A DNA stretch of 64,000 nucleotides, from positions 76,632,001 through 76,696,000 of the forward strand of contig NC_134472.1 in the NCBI RefSeq assembly GCF_964194025.1, in the 5' to 3' direction. Source of the stretch: Convolutriloba macropyga (Eukaryota). Position numbers and translations under genes: made by a program. Below are positions 1-14,800 of the stretch, piece after piece. Numbering within the stretch: position 1 is the stretch's first letter; the number at the start of each line of letters is the position of its first letter. The notes beneath the pieces are model-generated. The model made no database searches. It saw only the letters and a program-made list of their open reading frames with translations, and was not told the DNA's origin.

Positions 1-1100
1 GAGGCAATATTTAAGCTGCCAGGGGTGTAAAATGGTGTAAGAGTGAGGGGGTACTTGTTCAGACGGGGTAAAACGAGGTAAGAGTTGAGCTGCCAAGGGG
101 GTAAAGTGGTGTTTGAGTTGGGGGGGGGGGTTAAAGTGTTCAGAGGGGGTAAAATGATGTAAGAGTTGGAATGCCAAGGGGCTTAAATGGTGTAAGAGTG
201 AGGGCGTATTGTTTCAGAGAGTAAACTGAGGTAAGATCTGGTCTGCCAAGGGTGTAAAATGGTGTAAGAGTGAGGGGGTAAATTGTTCAGAGTGGTAAAA
301 TGAATTAAGAGATGAGCTGCCAAGGGTGGTAAAGTGGCGTACGATTGAGGGGGTAATTTGTAAAGAGGAGGTAAAATGAGGTAAGGTTTGAGCTGCCAAG
401 GGGGTAAAATGAGGTTTGAATTAGGGGTTATTTGTTCTGAGGGGGTAAAATGATGTAAGAGTGAGGGGGTGATTTCTTGAGAGGGGTCAATTCAAGTTTT
501 ATTCATATATATATATACCGCAAGAGATGGACACGCTCTGATGGACTGGAGGTTAGGGAGAACAAGCTGAGGGTACAGCGGTTGTGGGTTGTCTTCAAGT
601 ATGGGGGCAAAAACAATGTAAGATTGAGGGGGTAAAATGATGTAAGAGTGAGGGGGTGATTTCTTGAGAGGGGTCAATTCAAGTTTTATTCATATATATA
701 TACCGCAAGAGATGGACACGCTCTGATGGTCTGGAGGTTAGGGAGAACAAGCTGAGGGTACAGCGGTTGTGGGTTGTCTTCAAGTATGGGGGCAAAAACA
801 ATGTAAGATTGAGGGGGTAAAATGATGTATAAATTGAGCTGTCAAGGGGGGTAAAATGGTGTAGAGTGAGGGGTTAATTTGTTCAGAGGAGGGTAAAAGG
901 ATGCAGGAGTGGGACTGCATTGGGAAGATTTTTTAGGAAAATGCAGCTCAAAAGTTTTTTTGGGCTGCATTAGGCTTCCAACAGGGGGTAAAATGGTGTA
1001 AGAGTGAGGGGGTAAAATACAAGTTAACCCCCCACTCTTACATATTTTCTTTCGGTCTGTCAAGGGGGTAAAATGATGTAAGAGTTCGGAGGTAATGAAG
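1..1100. repeat. G-rich degenerate minisatellite (core GGGGTAAAATGRTGTAAGAGTGAG), including a ~186-bp internal direct duplication (~441-810)
   Basis: The core motif recurs every ~30-60 bp; the block gaggggtcaattcaagttttattcat...caagtatgggggcaaaaacaatgtaagatt occurs twice in tandem. The short minus-strand ORFs here are by-products of the repeat. Confidence 0.85.
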
Positions 1101-3040
1101 AAATTACCCCCGAACTCTTACATCGTTTTCCCCCTTGACAGACCAAAAAGAGGTAAGAGTGGGTGTTAATTTGTACTTTACCCCCTCAATCTTGCACCGT
1201 TTTACCCCTGTTGGAAGCCTAAGTCAGCCGAAAAAAACGTAAGAGTTTTGAGCTGCATATTCCTAAAAAGTCCTCCCATTGCAGCGCCACTCTTACATCA
1301 TTTTGGCATTAAAATTCGACCCGGGTTGTCTGGTAAGATAGTCGATCATCTCTATTAGATGCCATAGGCAACATTTTAATTAGATATTGCATCTAATGGT
1401 TTGATCTAATTAGATCTTATATCCGATTACTTTCATGTAGTTTTATTAGGTTTTTTAAATCCAATTGCCATCATCCAAACGTTCTACCTCTTCGTTTTTC
1501 TTATAAAAAATTTTAAATAGAAAAAATTGTTTTTTACACAGCTAGAATAATTATTACATGTATATTGTGAACTTGATACCATGAAAGTACCAGTATGAAA
1601 ATGATGTAAGAGTTGGAATGCCAAGGGGCTTAAATGGTGTAAGAGTGAGGGCGTATTGTTTCAGAGAGTAAACTGAGGTAAGATCTGGTCTGCCAAGGGT
1701 GTAAAATGGTGTAAGAGTGAGGGGGTAAATTGTTCAGAGTGGTAAAATGAATTAAGAGATGAGCTGCCAAGGGTGGTAAAGTGGCGTACGATTGAGGGGG
1801 TAATTTGTAAAGAGGAGGTAAAATGAGGTAAGGTTTGAGCTGCCAAGGGGGTAAAATGAGGTTTGAATTGGGGGTTATTTGTTCTGAGGGGGTAAAATGA
1901 TGTAAGAGTGAGGGGGTGATTTCTTGAGAGGGGTCAATTCAAGTTTTATTCATATATATACCGCAAGAGATGGACACGCTCTGATGGTCTGGAGTTTAGG
2001 GAGAACAAGCTGAGGGTACAGCGGTTGTGGGTTGTCTTCAAGTATGGGGGCAAAAACAATGTAAGATTGAGGGGGTAAAATGATGTAAGAGTGAGGGGGT
2101 GATTTCTTGAGAGGGGTCAATTCAAGTTTTATTCATATATATATACCGCAAGAGATGGACACGCTCTGATGGTCTGGAGGTTAGGGAGAACAAGCTGAGG
2201 GTACAGCGGTTGTGGGTTGTCTTCAAGTATGGGGGCAAAAACAATGTAAGATTGAGGGGGTAAAATGATGTATAAATTGAGCTGTCAAGGGGGGTAAAAT
2301 GGTGTAGAGTGAGGGGTTAATTTGTTCAGAGGAGGGTAAAAGGATGCAGGAGTGGGACTGCATTGGGAAGATTTTTTAGGAAAATGCAGCTCAAAAGTTT
2401 TTTTGGGCTGCATTAGGCTTCCAACAGGGGGTAAAATGGTGTAAGAGTGAGGGGGTAAAATACAAGTTAACCCCCCACTCTTACATATTTTCTTTCGGTC
2501 TGTCAAGGGGGTAAAATGATGTAAGAGTTCGGAGGTAATGAAGAAATTACCCCCGAACTCTTACATCGTTTTCCCCCTTGACAGACCAAAAAGAGGTAAG
2601 AGTGGGTGTTAATTTGTACTTTACCCCCTCAATCTTGCACCGTTTTACCCCTGTTGGAAGCCTAAGTCAGCCGAAAAAAACGTAAGAGTTTTGAGCTGCA
2701 TATTCCTAAAAAGTCCTCCCATTGCAGCGCCACTCTTACATCATTTTGGCATTAAAATTCGACCCGGGTTGTCTGGTAAGATAGTCGATCATCTCTATTA
2801 GATGCCATAGGCAACATTTTAATTAGATATTGCATCTAATGGTTTGATCTAATTAGATCTTATATCCGATTACTTTCATGTAGTTTTATTAGGTTTTTTA
2901 AATCCAATTGCCATCATCCAAACGTTCTACCTCTTCGTTTTTCTTATAAAAAATTTTAAATAGAAAAAATTGTTTTTTACACAGCTAGAATAATTATTAC
3001 ATGTATATTGTGAACTTGATACCATGAAAGTACCAGTATG
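151..3040. repeat. Near-identical tandem duplication, ~1.44-kb unit (151-1597 and 1598-3040)
   Basis: Identical ORF pairs 214/1661 and 842/2285; both units end ...aaagtaccagtatg; the differences are a few (TA)n length changes and substitutions. Confidence 0.95.
895..1304. repeat. Long imperfect palindrome (foldback), ~200-bp arms, centre ~1097-1102; second copy 2338-2747
   Basis: ggtctgtcaagggggtaaaatgatgtaagagttcggaggtaat-gaagaa-attacccccgaactcttacatcgttttcccccttgacagacc; the pairing extends through taggcttccaacagggg/cccctgttggaagccta and tgcagctcaaaa/ttttgagctgca. Confidence 0.9.
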
Positions 3041-6000
3041 AATCTACCTAAAATTGTATTGAACTCACCAGTAAAATTTAACAAGAAGACAAAAAGTTAA
3101 AAAAAGGTGCGTTTTCGTGAAAAACAAATCGAGTTTTTTTTTTAAATAATAGTGATAATTATTTGAGTTTTCATTCATTGTAATGAAAACATAGCTATTG
3201 GTTGCCTCCGAGTACGAAATTTAAGAAAAGTTCATAGTCTACGATAATTCCTATAGTGTTTTTAAAATGTCTAGCCTAAATGAGCAGAAAATTTATCTCA
3301 AACCACTTATTAAATCAATCTGTCTCTGCTTGAAATTGTAATTAGCCAAAAAACTGCTCTGGAAATACTGAATGTCCACTAATTTAATTACATTTTTATA
3401 CTTTCATTTGCGGAAATTGAGACTAACAGTGTTTTTGGAAAATCTTTGTTTTTGGAAAATCTTTTTTCCTTATAATTGCATAAATTAACTACAAAGTTTT
3501 TGTTAAAATTTTGTTTCTTCTCCAACTTTTTTAAACCAAGAAGTAAGCGACTGCCGGCTGCTTAGAAAATAAATGTTGGAAGCTGGCTAGAGTGGAAAAA
3601 AGAAGAGCTCGGAGAAAATTTTTGAGTTAAATATTTTTTGTTCTGCTCAAATCATTTGTTTAATTGATGAAAAAAAACGAAAAAAAATTGGATTTTGGCG
3701 ACAAAATATGCTACTTTATAGGATGTGATGTATATTTTCTTGATATTGCAAGTGAACATTTAATTCAAAATGTACTATTGCTAAGAAGACAAAAAAGTAT
3801 TCAATGCAGTTTTAAGATCTACCATTTGCAAGAAAACTGCGAACCATAGTATACTCTTCTATATAGGTATTTTTAAAAAAATGATTTTTCGTCTCCATCT
3901 TTTTGCCATTCGATATTCCCACAATTATGTGTCACATTACCATTGCCTTTAAGTGGTTTCTTTACCGGTACCTTCTTAAATGGAACAAATTTAATAGAAA
4001 AAAATTAGAAAAACAATTTCCTAAAAGCCGTATAAAAAATGTGAAAGTGTTTTCTCTAACTCCTTTAATCTAACGCATCGACTCAGATTTTTTCGGAAGA
4101 TTTTGCTTTGGAATTTTTTACGTTCAGTAAGAATTCCAATTACTACGAACATGCGTCACACATCAACATCTGTTACCAATTAAACCCAAAATTGAAAAAC
4201 GTCACAATAGCAAAATGTAATATGATTATCACTTTTTCTTACAGAGCAAAAAATGGCTTATATTTTAGTATGTGTTTAAAGTAAATCTTTTCCAGATCCA
4301 GACACAAGCTATTATTAATGTCTAAATGGAGACTTTGGCGACAAGTAATTTTTTTCTAGCTGATTGTTTTCCTATGCATTCTTATCCTATTTTAATATTA
4401 TTTAAAAACTAATACAATTCACAACGAAACAATTTGGATCAACTCACTCGGCTCCTTTCGAACTTTGATCACATTGGTTAAATTTTATTATCAAAGAAAC
4501 GCTTGAAATTGCTAAAAAGTGTCAATAAAGAAAGTTTCATAGGCGAGTTTTACTTTTCATTACACAAACATTTGATATTTTTTTATTTCAAAAAAATTTT
4601 TATTTTTTTTTTCAAATTTTGCGCAGATTTTAAATTTTCAATGGTTGTAAATCATTGCAAAGTTGTTACCAAAAATAGGGGGATAGCACTTTCAATGGTC
4701 ATAAAGACATTGAATTTATTTGTTTTCAAAATCTTCGTGTATTTTTAAACATTTCTTCATTTTGTTTTTCCATTTGTCAATTTGTAAATTATCTTCAATA
4801 ATGACAGGTCCCAAAAACATTAATCAAATATTTTTCTATTGATTCGTTTTCATGTTTAAACTAATGGTTCTGAACTTTGAAACTAATTTTCGGATGAAAA
4901 CTTTGTGTTTTTAAAACTGGTCAATAATTGTGGTTCGTTTTGGTGTGTTTTCACATAGTCCATTTAATAACAGTTCCGATTGACGTTTAAATGAATCCCA
5001 ATTAACCATATGTATTCTTTTCGGCTAGTTAGTTATGATTTAATGGTCTCCAAATCGTATTTTCGTAATTTGTGAATTTTAGAATTTCGCCTGTATTTGT
5101 TTTCCCATTTTGTAGTGTTGCTATTTCTTAGTCCCACTAACATAAGGTCCAATTGGCTTCCTCCTAAGGAGTACTATGTGAAGCAATTTAAAGCTTTGAA
5201 GTTAAACTACAATGTTTTGTGACTTTTGAATTTTTTGTGCATCAAAATATTAATGTTTTTTTGTACTTTGCTTTTTTGTCCTTTTTTGTTGACCTCTTAG
5301 CTAGTCGCATTAAGGACAGGAATGTTTTAATGTATGTTTTTTCTCGCAGTCTTATTAATGACATGTCTCATCGGCCCTCTGATGCGGCTTTATTTAATTT
5401 TTTTGGTGGTTTTTGACTCAAATACCAATCATTTTTTATGCGAACATGGGAACTTCTTATCTCTTCTTCATTAGGCAGATATTTATGTCTAAATTTTAGG
5501 TAGAAGCAGAGGTCATATTTGAGTCATCATTTCAAAACAAAGAATCTAAAAATATGAGAAGCAAATTACAAACTCATGAAAATCAGTTAAATGAAATCTT
5601 GACGAAACATTATTTTTTGTTAGCTAATCAATTAATTTGTCATTTCTTGAAATTCATTCAAAAAATCACAACTCTTTTCATATGTGCAATATTTTAGAGT
5701 TTTAAACAGGAAAATAATGTACTTAATTCAAGTCACGTCGATATTTTACAAAGTCTAAGTGTACTAATATATATTTTTTCCTTTTATAGAATAATTAAAC
5801 GTTTGCTTATCAACAGTTTTCAGATGTTGGTAAACATGATCAAAAAGAAATCAAGGCAAAAAAACTAGCTCTAAACGCTCAATCAAGTAAAATAAATTTT
5901 GTGTTGCCGAGTTTTTGTTGTTTTGGTATTTCAGTAAAACTTCTTTCTTATAATATTTTTTATCTTTATAAAACCAATTGGCTAAAACCTTGATAATCAG

Positions 6001-6609
6001 TTTTCTTTCGAAGTCCAGTCAACAAATAATCTTGACATTAAAATCTGACCTAAAAAGTTGGCCAAATACATCGCATTTTGCCTTTTTCATTTCCCCGTAA
6101 AAAATTTTGAGGGTTTTTATTAATATTCAATTTAGCTCTCTATTCAACAAGAAATCTATATTCGATAATTTTTTCACATTTGTCGGTTTACTTTGTGCTC
6201 TGCCACGTTTTTTTTAAAAACAATTTGGTTAAATTTAAAGAATAGTTCTCACATAAACTCTAATCGAGAACGACGATCATTTTACTTTCTAACTATAGAT
6301 TGAGAAAATGACAAAAATTTGACATTTTTGTTCAATATGGCTGTTTTCTTTTATTTATCAAAGCACTTTTACTTTTTCTCAATCTGCAATCCCATGAAAT
6401 CTTTTTTTGGATTGAAATAGAATCACATTCTAAATCTATAGGAAAAACCTAAAATAATCAATGCAATTTTGAGATAATTTTCAAAATTTTGTTCCTCTTT
6501 TTTCCGAGAGCTGCTTTATGATGATTCCTTTTGTTCACTATTTGTTTAGTTCACACAATTTTTAAAGGTTAGAAATTTTTCAATTTAATATAGATGCACA
6601 GTAAACCAA

Positions 6610-6962
6610 GAGAACTAATTGACGTTTACTTTTCTTAATATAAGTCTTTTCGCGTTTTTCGTACAAAATTTTGTCAGAAAATATCAAATAAATGGGCAAA
6701 AATGAAGATTGTTATTGAAACAAATTGTAGTTATTGTATTACGAAGATCCAGAATTTTGTTTAAAATGTCTCCTCAGACCATGTTCCCACTCCACGCTTG
6801 TCGAGACTTTTCTCCAGTAATTTCAAAAAGAGAAATAATTGACGTCTACTGTTCTTGATAAGTCTTTTCGTGTGTTTCGTACATTTTGTCATAAAATTTC
6901 ATATAAATGGGCAAAAAGATGCTTTTAATTGAAACAAATTGTAATTATTGTATTACGAAGAC
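6610..6962. repeat. Diverged direct repeat, period ~222 bp
   Basis: taattgacgt(t/c)tact...aagtcttttcg...aaatgggcaaaaa...attgaaacaaattgta...tattgtattacgaaga occurs at ~6615 and ~6837. Confidence 0.75.
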
Positions 6963-8107
6963 AAAAAATCTTTCAAATATTTCTTTGCGAACAATTTTAA
7001 TGCGAGAAGAGTGTTTTGAGAAAGCATCAAACAAATAAATAATGAGTAGCACTTCCATTTCACAAGTTTCTGGATCCTGTCTCGAACATATCAGTTATAT
7101 ATGCTAGAGCAACATATGTGTATTTGGACCAAGAGTATAGAGTGTAGCAGCCTGTTACGAATAGTTTTGACGGCAGTGTACCAAAGTTTCTATAAAAAAA
7201 GATAGCTGTAATACTAAAAAAAAGGAAAACAAGCCATTTTTGCTCCATAAATTTAACATATATGAAATGAACGAAATAGCTTTTAATGTGGTGTAATTTA
7301 GACCATTTGCTGCTCCGAAACCAAGGCAGATATCTGCATCATGTTCATCTTATGGTATTCTATATTAATTTTTTTTTCAGAAAAAATGTTGAAAAGTTGA
7401 AATTATTTTCACTGAAGTTTTTACTTACGAAAAATCAATATCAATCATGTCTGCCTTTTGATATCATTTAACTGAAAGGTAGTAAAAACGTTCAATATTT
7501 TGGAAGTTTTAGCTGATAACCTTAACTATAGAACTCAACTAAAGTACCTTTTTCTCTTGTAGATTGTAAATGTAAAAAAATTTTAGTCGAAAGAACTAGC
7601 CTTCGCGTTTTTTTTTATAGAAATATTAATGAAAATGGGAGGCCTGACGATTTTCTGTTCACCAGTTTGGATGTAGTTGCATCAGAGCATCAACTATCTT
7701 TTCATCCTGTACAGAAACTTTATCTTGCAGCAGTAGCTGTTTACGAGCTATTGTAGATTGAGTTAATCATAAATTAGAAAATTTTGTAGAATGGTAATTC
7801 AACAGGTAAGTTTTATCTGTCTGATTTTTGCTCCTTTCAAAAACCAAATAGGATATTGAACTAAATTTTCGTCAAAAAACAAAGGTTATTGGTCTTTTCA
7901 GTCTGAGAATAGCCTTACAATGCAATTGAGCCCAAAATATCTCTGAAACTCAGTTGGTTTCTGCCTCGAAGACAAGCCGTCAATCCTTATTTTCGGATAA
8001 ATTAAAGTGCGCTGTTGACCAAAGATACATCAACCCTCATTGACAAAAAGGTAATTGGACAAATTTATTATCTGTAACATTGTCCTTTTTTTATCTGAGA
8101 GGATGAA

Positions 8108-11100
8108 TTGATAACAAGGTGACCTCACTTTAATTAAACTTTCTTTCCTCCTTGAACAGACACACTGCGTTGGAAGTCTTTTGTAAAGAGATTTTAAAAC
8201 CAATCAGAAGAAAGAATCAGTTTTAAACTCAAAATAAATTGACATCTTGGAGAACGCTGGCGTTCCTCCAAAAAAGTTTTTATTTACCATACAAAACAAA
8301 AAAGGTTTTTTGTCACCTATTTTATAAAAAACCGGAATTATTTCAATTGTGGAATTATTTAGTTGAAGCTTTTACAAAACAACTAATTCCACTCATTTTT
8401 GTTGAATTTGTGTTTTTAAGCCATTCAGTATTCAATATCCATTCCTGATGCTAACAACATAAAGCTGAGCAATTTATTGAACAAAGATTTGATAACCTTT
8501 CTAAAGACTGAATACACTTGCAAAAGTAATTTTAGTTAAAGGATATTGCAATTGTGTTTTTGATCACGCTTGTCTTTTTTTAAGTCTGTTCCAGATCTTA
8601 ATTTGATGAAGCTCCGGGTATTTCTTTAATTGATGGTTTCCTGCAGATTAAACCTTTTAAAGGAGCAATCATAATTTCTGAGGGATGCATTTTTGCACAT
8701 CGAATTTCCACCGTTCATCCAGCCATTTCATTGCAATAGTGATGTCCTTTAAATTTTTTCATTTCGACACTCGGCAGCTTGATCTAAAAAGTTGCCTTCA
8801 TTTTTGAGGTCCTTTCTGGCCGAATTGGACGCAACTTGAAACAAAAGACTAAAAATTTCTATGTGCTACAAAATTGTACCAAAACGATAATCAGCTCATA
8901 TATCTGATGTTTGTTAAGATTACAATTAAAAGGCAAGATGACTGAATTGTTGCTGAAAATTTTGGAAAACGCGAAAAATTGATCAAAATGAGCTTTTAAC
9001 GATATTGCGCCATTTCTTGTCTTTTTCTGCCTTCTGTCATTAATACGTTATAACACCAAACTTTGTTGGCAAATAACTAATCCCTTTTCAAGTGCTATAA
9101 GAATGACATCAGTCGTTTTAAATGCACGGTTCCCTATTTCAATAAAAAAAGTTTATATCCCAATGGCACTACTTTCCGTCCTTAGACCCCTTTACAAAAC
9201 TGGAAAATTTCATTTTTGTCTCAATTTCAGACTCTGAGGGATTTATAATTTGCAATACAACACACATTGGTATGCAGTGCTCTCGAAGGGTCAAAATTTG
9301 TGTTAAAATGTGCTTTTGTTTTACACTTTGTAAAACCCTGAATTCAGTTTCCTCCGATTGATAACACAGTGACCTCACTTTAATTAAACTTTCTTTCCTC
9401 CTTGAACAGACACACTGCATTGGAAGTCTTTCTTAAAGAGATCTTAAAATCATCCAGCAAAAAGAATCAGTTTTAAACTTAAAATAAATTGACAACTTGG
9501 AGAACCATGGCGTTGCTCTATAAAAGTTTACATTTACCATACAAAACAAATAATGTTTTTTGTCACCTATTTTAAAAACTACCGAAATTATTTCAATTGT
9601 GGAATTATTTAGTTGAATCTTTTACAGAACAACTCATTCCACTCATTTTTGTTGAATTTGTGTTTTTAAGCCATTCAGTATTCAAAATACATTCCTGATG
9701 CTAACATAATAAAGCCGAGCAATTTATTGAACAAAGATTTGATACCCTTTCTAAAGACTGAATGCACTTGCATAAGTAATTTTAGTTAAATGATTTTGCC
9801 ATTATGTTTTTGTTAACGCTTGTCTTTTTTAAGTCTGTTCCAGATCTTTCCAGATCTTAATTTGATGAAGCTCCGGGTATTTCTTTAATTGATGGTTTCC
9901 TGCAGATTAAACCTTTTAAAGGAGCATTCATAATTTCTGAGGGATGCATTTTTGCACATCGAACTTCCACCGTTCATCCAGCCATTTCATTGCAATAGTG
10001 ATGTGCTTTAAATTATTTCATTTCGACACTCGGCAGCTTGATCTAAAACGTGTCTTCATTTTTGAGGTCCTTTCTGGCCGAATTGGACGCAACTTGAAAC
10101 AAAAGATTAAAAATTTCTATGTGCTACAAAATTGTACCAAAACGATAATCAGCTCAAATATCTGATGTTTGTTAAGATTACAATTAAAAGGCAAGATGAC
10201 TGAATTGTTGCTGAACATTTTGGAAAACGCGAAAAATTGATCAAAATGAGCTTTTAACGATATTGCGCCTGTTCTTGTCTTTTTCTGCCTTCTGTCATTA
10301 ATACCTTATAACACCAAACTTTGCTGGCAACTAACTAATCCCTTTTCAAGTGCTATAAGATTATCAGTCGTTTCAAACGCACGGTTTCTTATTTCAATAA
10401 AAAAAATTTTACATCCCAATGGCACAAACTTCTGTCTTTAGACCCCTTTAAAAAACTGGAATTTTTCTTTTTTATCTCAGTTTCAGACTTCGAGGGATTT
10501 ATAATTTGCAATACAACACACATTGGTATGCAAAGCTCTCGAAGGTTAAAAATTTGTGTTAAAAATGTGCATTTGATTTACACTTTGTAAAACCGTCAAT
10601 TCAGTTTCCTCCGATTGATAACACGGTGACCTCACTTTAATTAAACTTTCTTTCCTCCTTGAACAAACACACTGCGTTGGAAGTCTTTTTTAAAGAGATT
10701 TTAAAATCATCCAGAAAAAAGAATCAGTTTTAAACTTAAAATAAATTGACAACTTGGAGAACGCTGGCGTTCCTCTAAAAAAATTTACTTTTACCTTACA
10801 AAACAAATAATGTTTTTTGTCACCTATTTTAAAAACTACCGAAATTATTTCAATTGTGGAATTATTTAGTTGAATCTTTTACAGAACAACTCATTCCACT
10901 AATTTGGTTGAATTTGTGTTTTCAAGCCCTTCAGTATTCAAAATACATTCCTGATGTTAACTTCATAAAGATGAGCATTTTATTGATCAAAGATTTGATA
11001 CCCTTTCTAAAGACTGAATACACTTGCATAAGCAATTTTAGTTAAATGATATTGCAATTATTTGTTTGATCACTCTTGTCTTTTTTAAAAAATATTTTAT

Positions 11101-11878
11101 CCTTTAAACTTTCCATATCTTAATTTGAAGCTCCGGGTTTTTCTTTAATTGATGGTTTCCTGCAGATTAACCCTTTTAAAGGAGCATTCATAATTTCTGA
11201 AGGATGCATTTTTGTACATCGGAATTTCCACCGTTCATCAAGCCATTTCATTGCAGTAGTGATGTCTTTTCAATTATTTCACTTCGACACTCGGCAGCTT
11301 GATCTAAAACGTTGCCTTCATTTTTGAGTTCCTTTTTGGCCGAATTGGACGCAACCTGAAACAACACTAAAAATTTCTATGTGCTACAAAATTGTACCAA
11401 AACGATAATCAGCTCATATATCTGATGTTTGTTAAGATTAAAATTAAAAGGCAAGTAGATGACTGAATTGTGGCTGAAAATTTTGGAAAAAGCGATAAAT
11501 TGATTAAAATGAGCTTTTAACGATATTGCGCCTGTTCTTGTCTTTTTCTGCCTTCCGTCATTAATACGTTATAACACCAAACTTTGTTGGGAAATAACTA
11601 ATCCCTTTTCAAGTGCTATAAGAATGACATCGGTCGTTTTAAATGCACGGTTTTTTATTTCAATACAAAAACGGTTACATCCCAATGACACTAACTTCTG
11701 TCTTTAGACCCCTTTACAAAACTGGAATTTTTCTTTTTATCTCAATTTCAGACTCTGAGGGATTTATAATTTGCAATACAACACACATTGGTATGCAGTG
11801 CTCTCGAAGGGTCAAAATTTGTGTTAAAATGTGCATTTGATTTACACTTTGTAAAACCCTGAATTCAGTTTCCTCCGA
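8108..11878. repeat. Three-copy tandem repeat, ~1.25-kb diverged units (8108, 9358, 10615)
   Basis: gtgacctcactttaattaaactttctttcctccttgaaca recurs at ~8119, ~9369 and ~10626; homologous ORF fragments 9169-9420 and 11714-11935. Confidence 0.93.
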
Positions 11879-14800
11879 TCGATGCTTCGATTTGATTGAA
11901 TCGGCAAAAAAAAATTTCCCCTGTGAAACATGCATTTTTGCAGTTAGAACAGTGTCCTACAGGTAGCATTGAGAACCAAAGGTTAATATGAACTAAAAGC
12001 TAGCAGAAAAGATCCCATCATATCTTTAAATAACGAACGCATGCAACTTTGTTGATTGTACACTTTGCCATTGTGACCACACATCAATGGCTCCGAGAAG
12101 AAAAGATTTAGAAGGAATTTTCCTGGTTCTAGAAATATTTCTATTACATTTCTTTCATTTTCCAAACAGAACCAGAATTTGCATGCTCAAGCATTCATCT
12201 CTAATTCAATCTCAGCACATGTAATTGCGATTTTTGTAAAATTCTAATTCTCAACAAATAATGCTCAATTTTAGTTATAACTACTACAACCACTACTAAC
12301 TAGTACTAGAAGATTACGTGTTCTATTAGAGAACATACATAATGGCATCATAAATAGATTCAGTCGTAATTAGCTCACTTAATTGATCTAAGCCGCAAAT
12401 GTGAGCGCAAAAATGCACTTTGAATGGTACTGGTCTGGTCAAGTCGAGTTAATACGTGTGTACATATAATTTAACAATACACGTTGTTGTAACATTTGGT
12501 ACGCCATCTATCTAAGCATTAGAAGCCACCCCCCCCCCCCCCCCCTTATTCCCCCCTTGTGACGCAAGCTAAAATCAGTTCTCATTTAAAATTATCGATT
12601 AAATTCTTTGCTCTTATGTCGACGCAAAATGACGCCAAATAAAATGAACGCACTTGTGTATGTAGGTTGTCTGGGAGTAACAAAATATTTTGAGGAAATG
12701 TCGGGATCAATAATTTCGAACAGTCTAATACAAGTCAGTCTTCTTTAGAACCAAATGATGACTTTTCGGCCAAAATAGTTTTCTACCTCCAATTAAACGT
12801 CCAGTTAACCCAACTCTGCCACAAACCCAATGCTTTATAAGAACCAGAAACTACCTAAAATAAAGCCAGAACCTTAGCCTAATTTCAAATTTAGCAACCC
12901 TAAACAATTTTTTCGACTACTTAGGTAATGAACTTTGCTAGTCGAATTTTGCCTAAACGCATTATTTTCAATTTTTCGAGGAACCGTTTGCTATTTAGCA
13001 TCTTGTGCAGCACTGGTTCTTCCTGATTTTACGTAAAGTTCAAAAGCACTTGCAAGAGGTGAAAGCATCAAGACCCTGTTAAAAAAGCTGATACTTGGAC
13101 TGGCATTTAATTTTGTTTTGTTAATTGAGGTCACAAATTTTTTGAAGAATTCGAAAAATTGAAAAAAACTTTGCAAGATTTTTGAAAAAAGATCTTGCAG
13201 ATTTTTTGAAATACTAAATTTCGTGTAGAGCCTGCAACATTAATTTCGTCTCACAATTTTACCTTGCAAGATGCAACTTGCAAGACGAACTTTTGTTGTC
13301 AGCACGAGAAGTACCTATTGTACAAAAAGTAGAATTTTTGGGAGATGCAAACAGATCAGCTAGGAAAAGCAGGTGTGCGGGGAATGAAGTTAAAAACCCA
13401 TACTTATTTATATTGTAGTTGATAACTATTTTGAAATTTTAAGAAATGACGCTTCACCAAATGAGGAAGAGATAGAAAACTTCGAAAATTTCACATAATG
13501 TTCGTAAATAATTGATACAAGACTTCGAAACGCTTTGAACGCAAACCCCTATTTGAACAACGCAATTCCGCTTTAGAAGGCCGATGAGACCTGCCATCAA
13601 TGAGACTACGGGAAAAGACAAACAACAAAAACAAATAACAAAAACAAACATTACGACCAAAATTTATTGTCTATTTAATTCACAAACACTTTGTAAAAAA
13701 GTCAAAATACATTCAGGTAAAACCCTAAGGAAAAAAATTACAATTTTACTAGAAAGGATAAGGGACGTGACCGAAATGAGATCAGGCAACAAGCCTACTA
13801 CAAAAACCCAAGGGCAAAAATCAAAATCACGTTTATTTTAGGATACAATTAATTTCGATCTGCAAACATTAAATCGATCTGCAATCAATTGAAATTAGAA
13901 ATAAGCTCCATTTTACCCCCATCAGAAGCAAATTCAACTATATTTTGCAAGAAAACGGCGTCTAAGCCTTTACAACAGTAAACATTTTTCTGAAAACATT
14001 CAATATTTTCAATAGAACTACTTTACAAGCCAATGGAAATCACCAATAATCTAATTGTGTGACACAAAAAAACCTCAAAAAAGGTCAAGAATCTAAAAAC
14101 AACAAAAATATTACGCTAAATTGATGAATCAGAGTCATAAAACAGTTAATAAAAACAATTAGCCACTATTAAGATCGCTTTCATTTCACTAGAAAGAAGA
14201 ATCGACTTGTAAATGAGATCATGCTACAATTTGACAGGAAAAATTGGTAAGTTAAAAAGTTAACTTTTGAAAGAAATATTTTCAAAGTCATAATAAACCT
14301 GAGCCTTCAATTAAAAGAACTGGTTAGGTTTTATTGTAACTTCTTATTAAGCTAGTTAAACCTGCCTGTATAGAATCTAAATCATTACTACAAAAACACG
14401 ACAACTAAACTACAGGCGAAACTCAAAATTTCAAACAATTAAAGAAGTGTTAAAGCCATCCGCTATTAACTGAAAATTTCCCGTGAGTCCCATTTGGACA
14501 CCAATGGGATCTCTTGCAGTAAAAGGACGTCAAAAAATTTAGGAATGACTCAAACAAAAAAGTCGAAAATATAACAAAAAACCAAAAATTTTTTGTAAAC
14601 AGTGTAAAAGCAAAAAAAAAAACAGCTGAAAAACAGGAACAAAACAAATTTAAATTGTGTTCCCCAGAAATGGTATGCCACTCCTCATTAATGAGGTTGA
14701 GTTACAAATGGCCAAAAGATTAACAAAAAATTTCAAAAAGTTCTAAAATTCGTTAATAATTTTTTAAAACAACTGATTCACATTTGCGATCAACAGAAAT

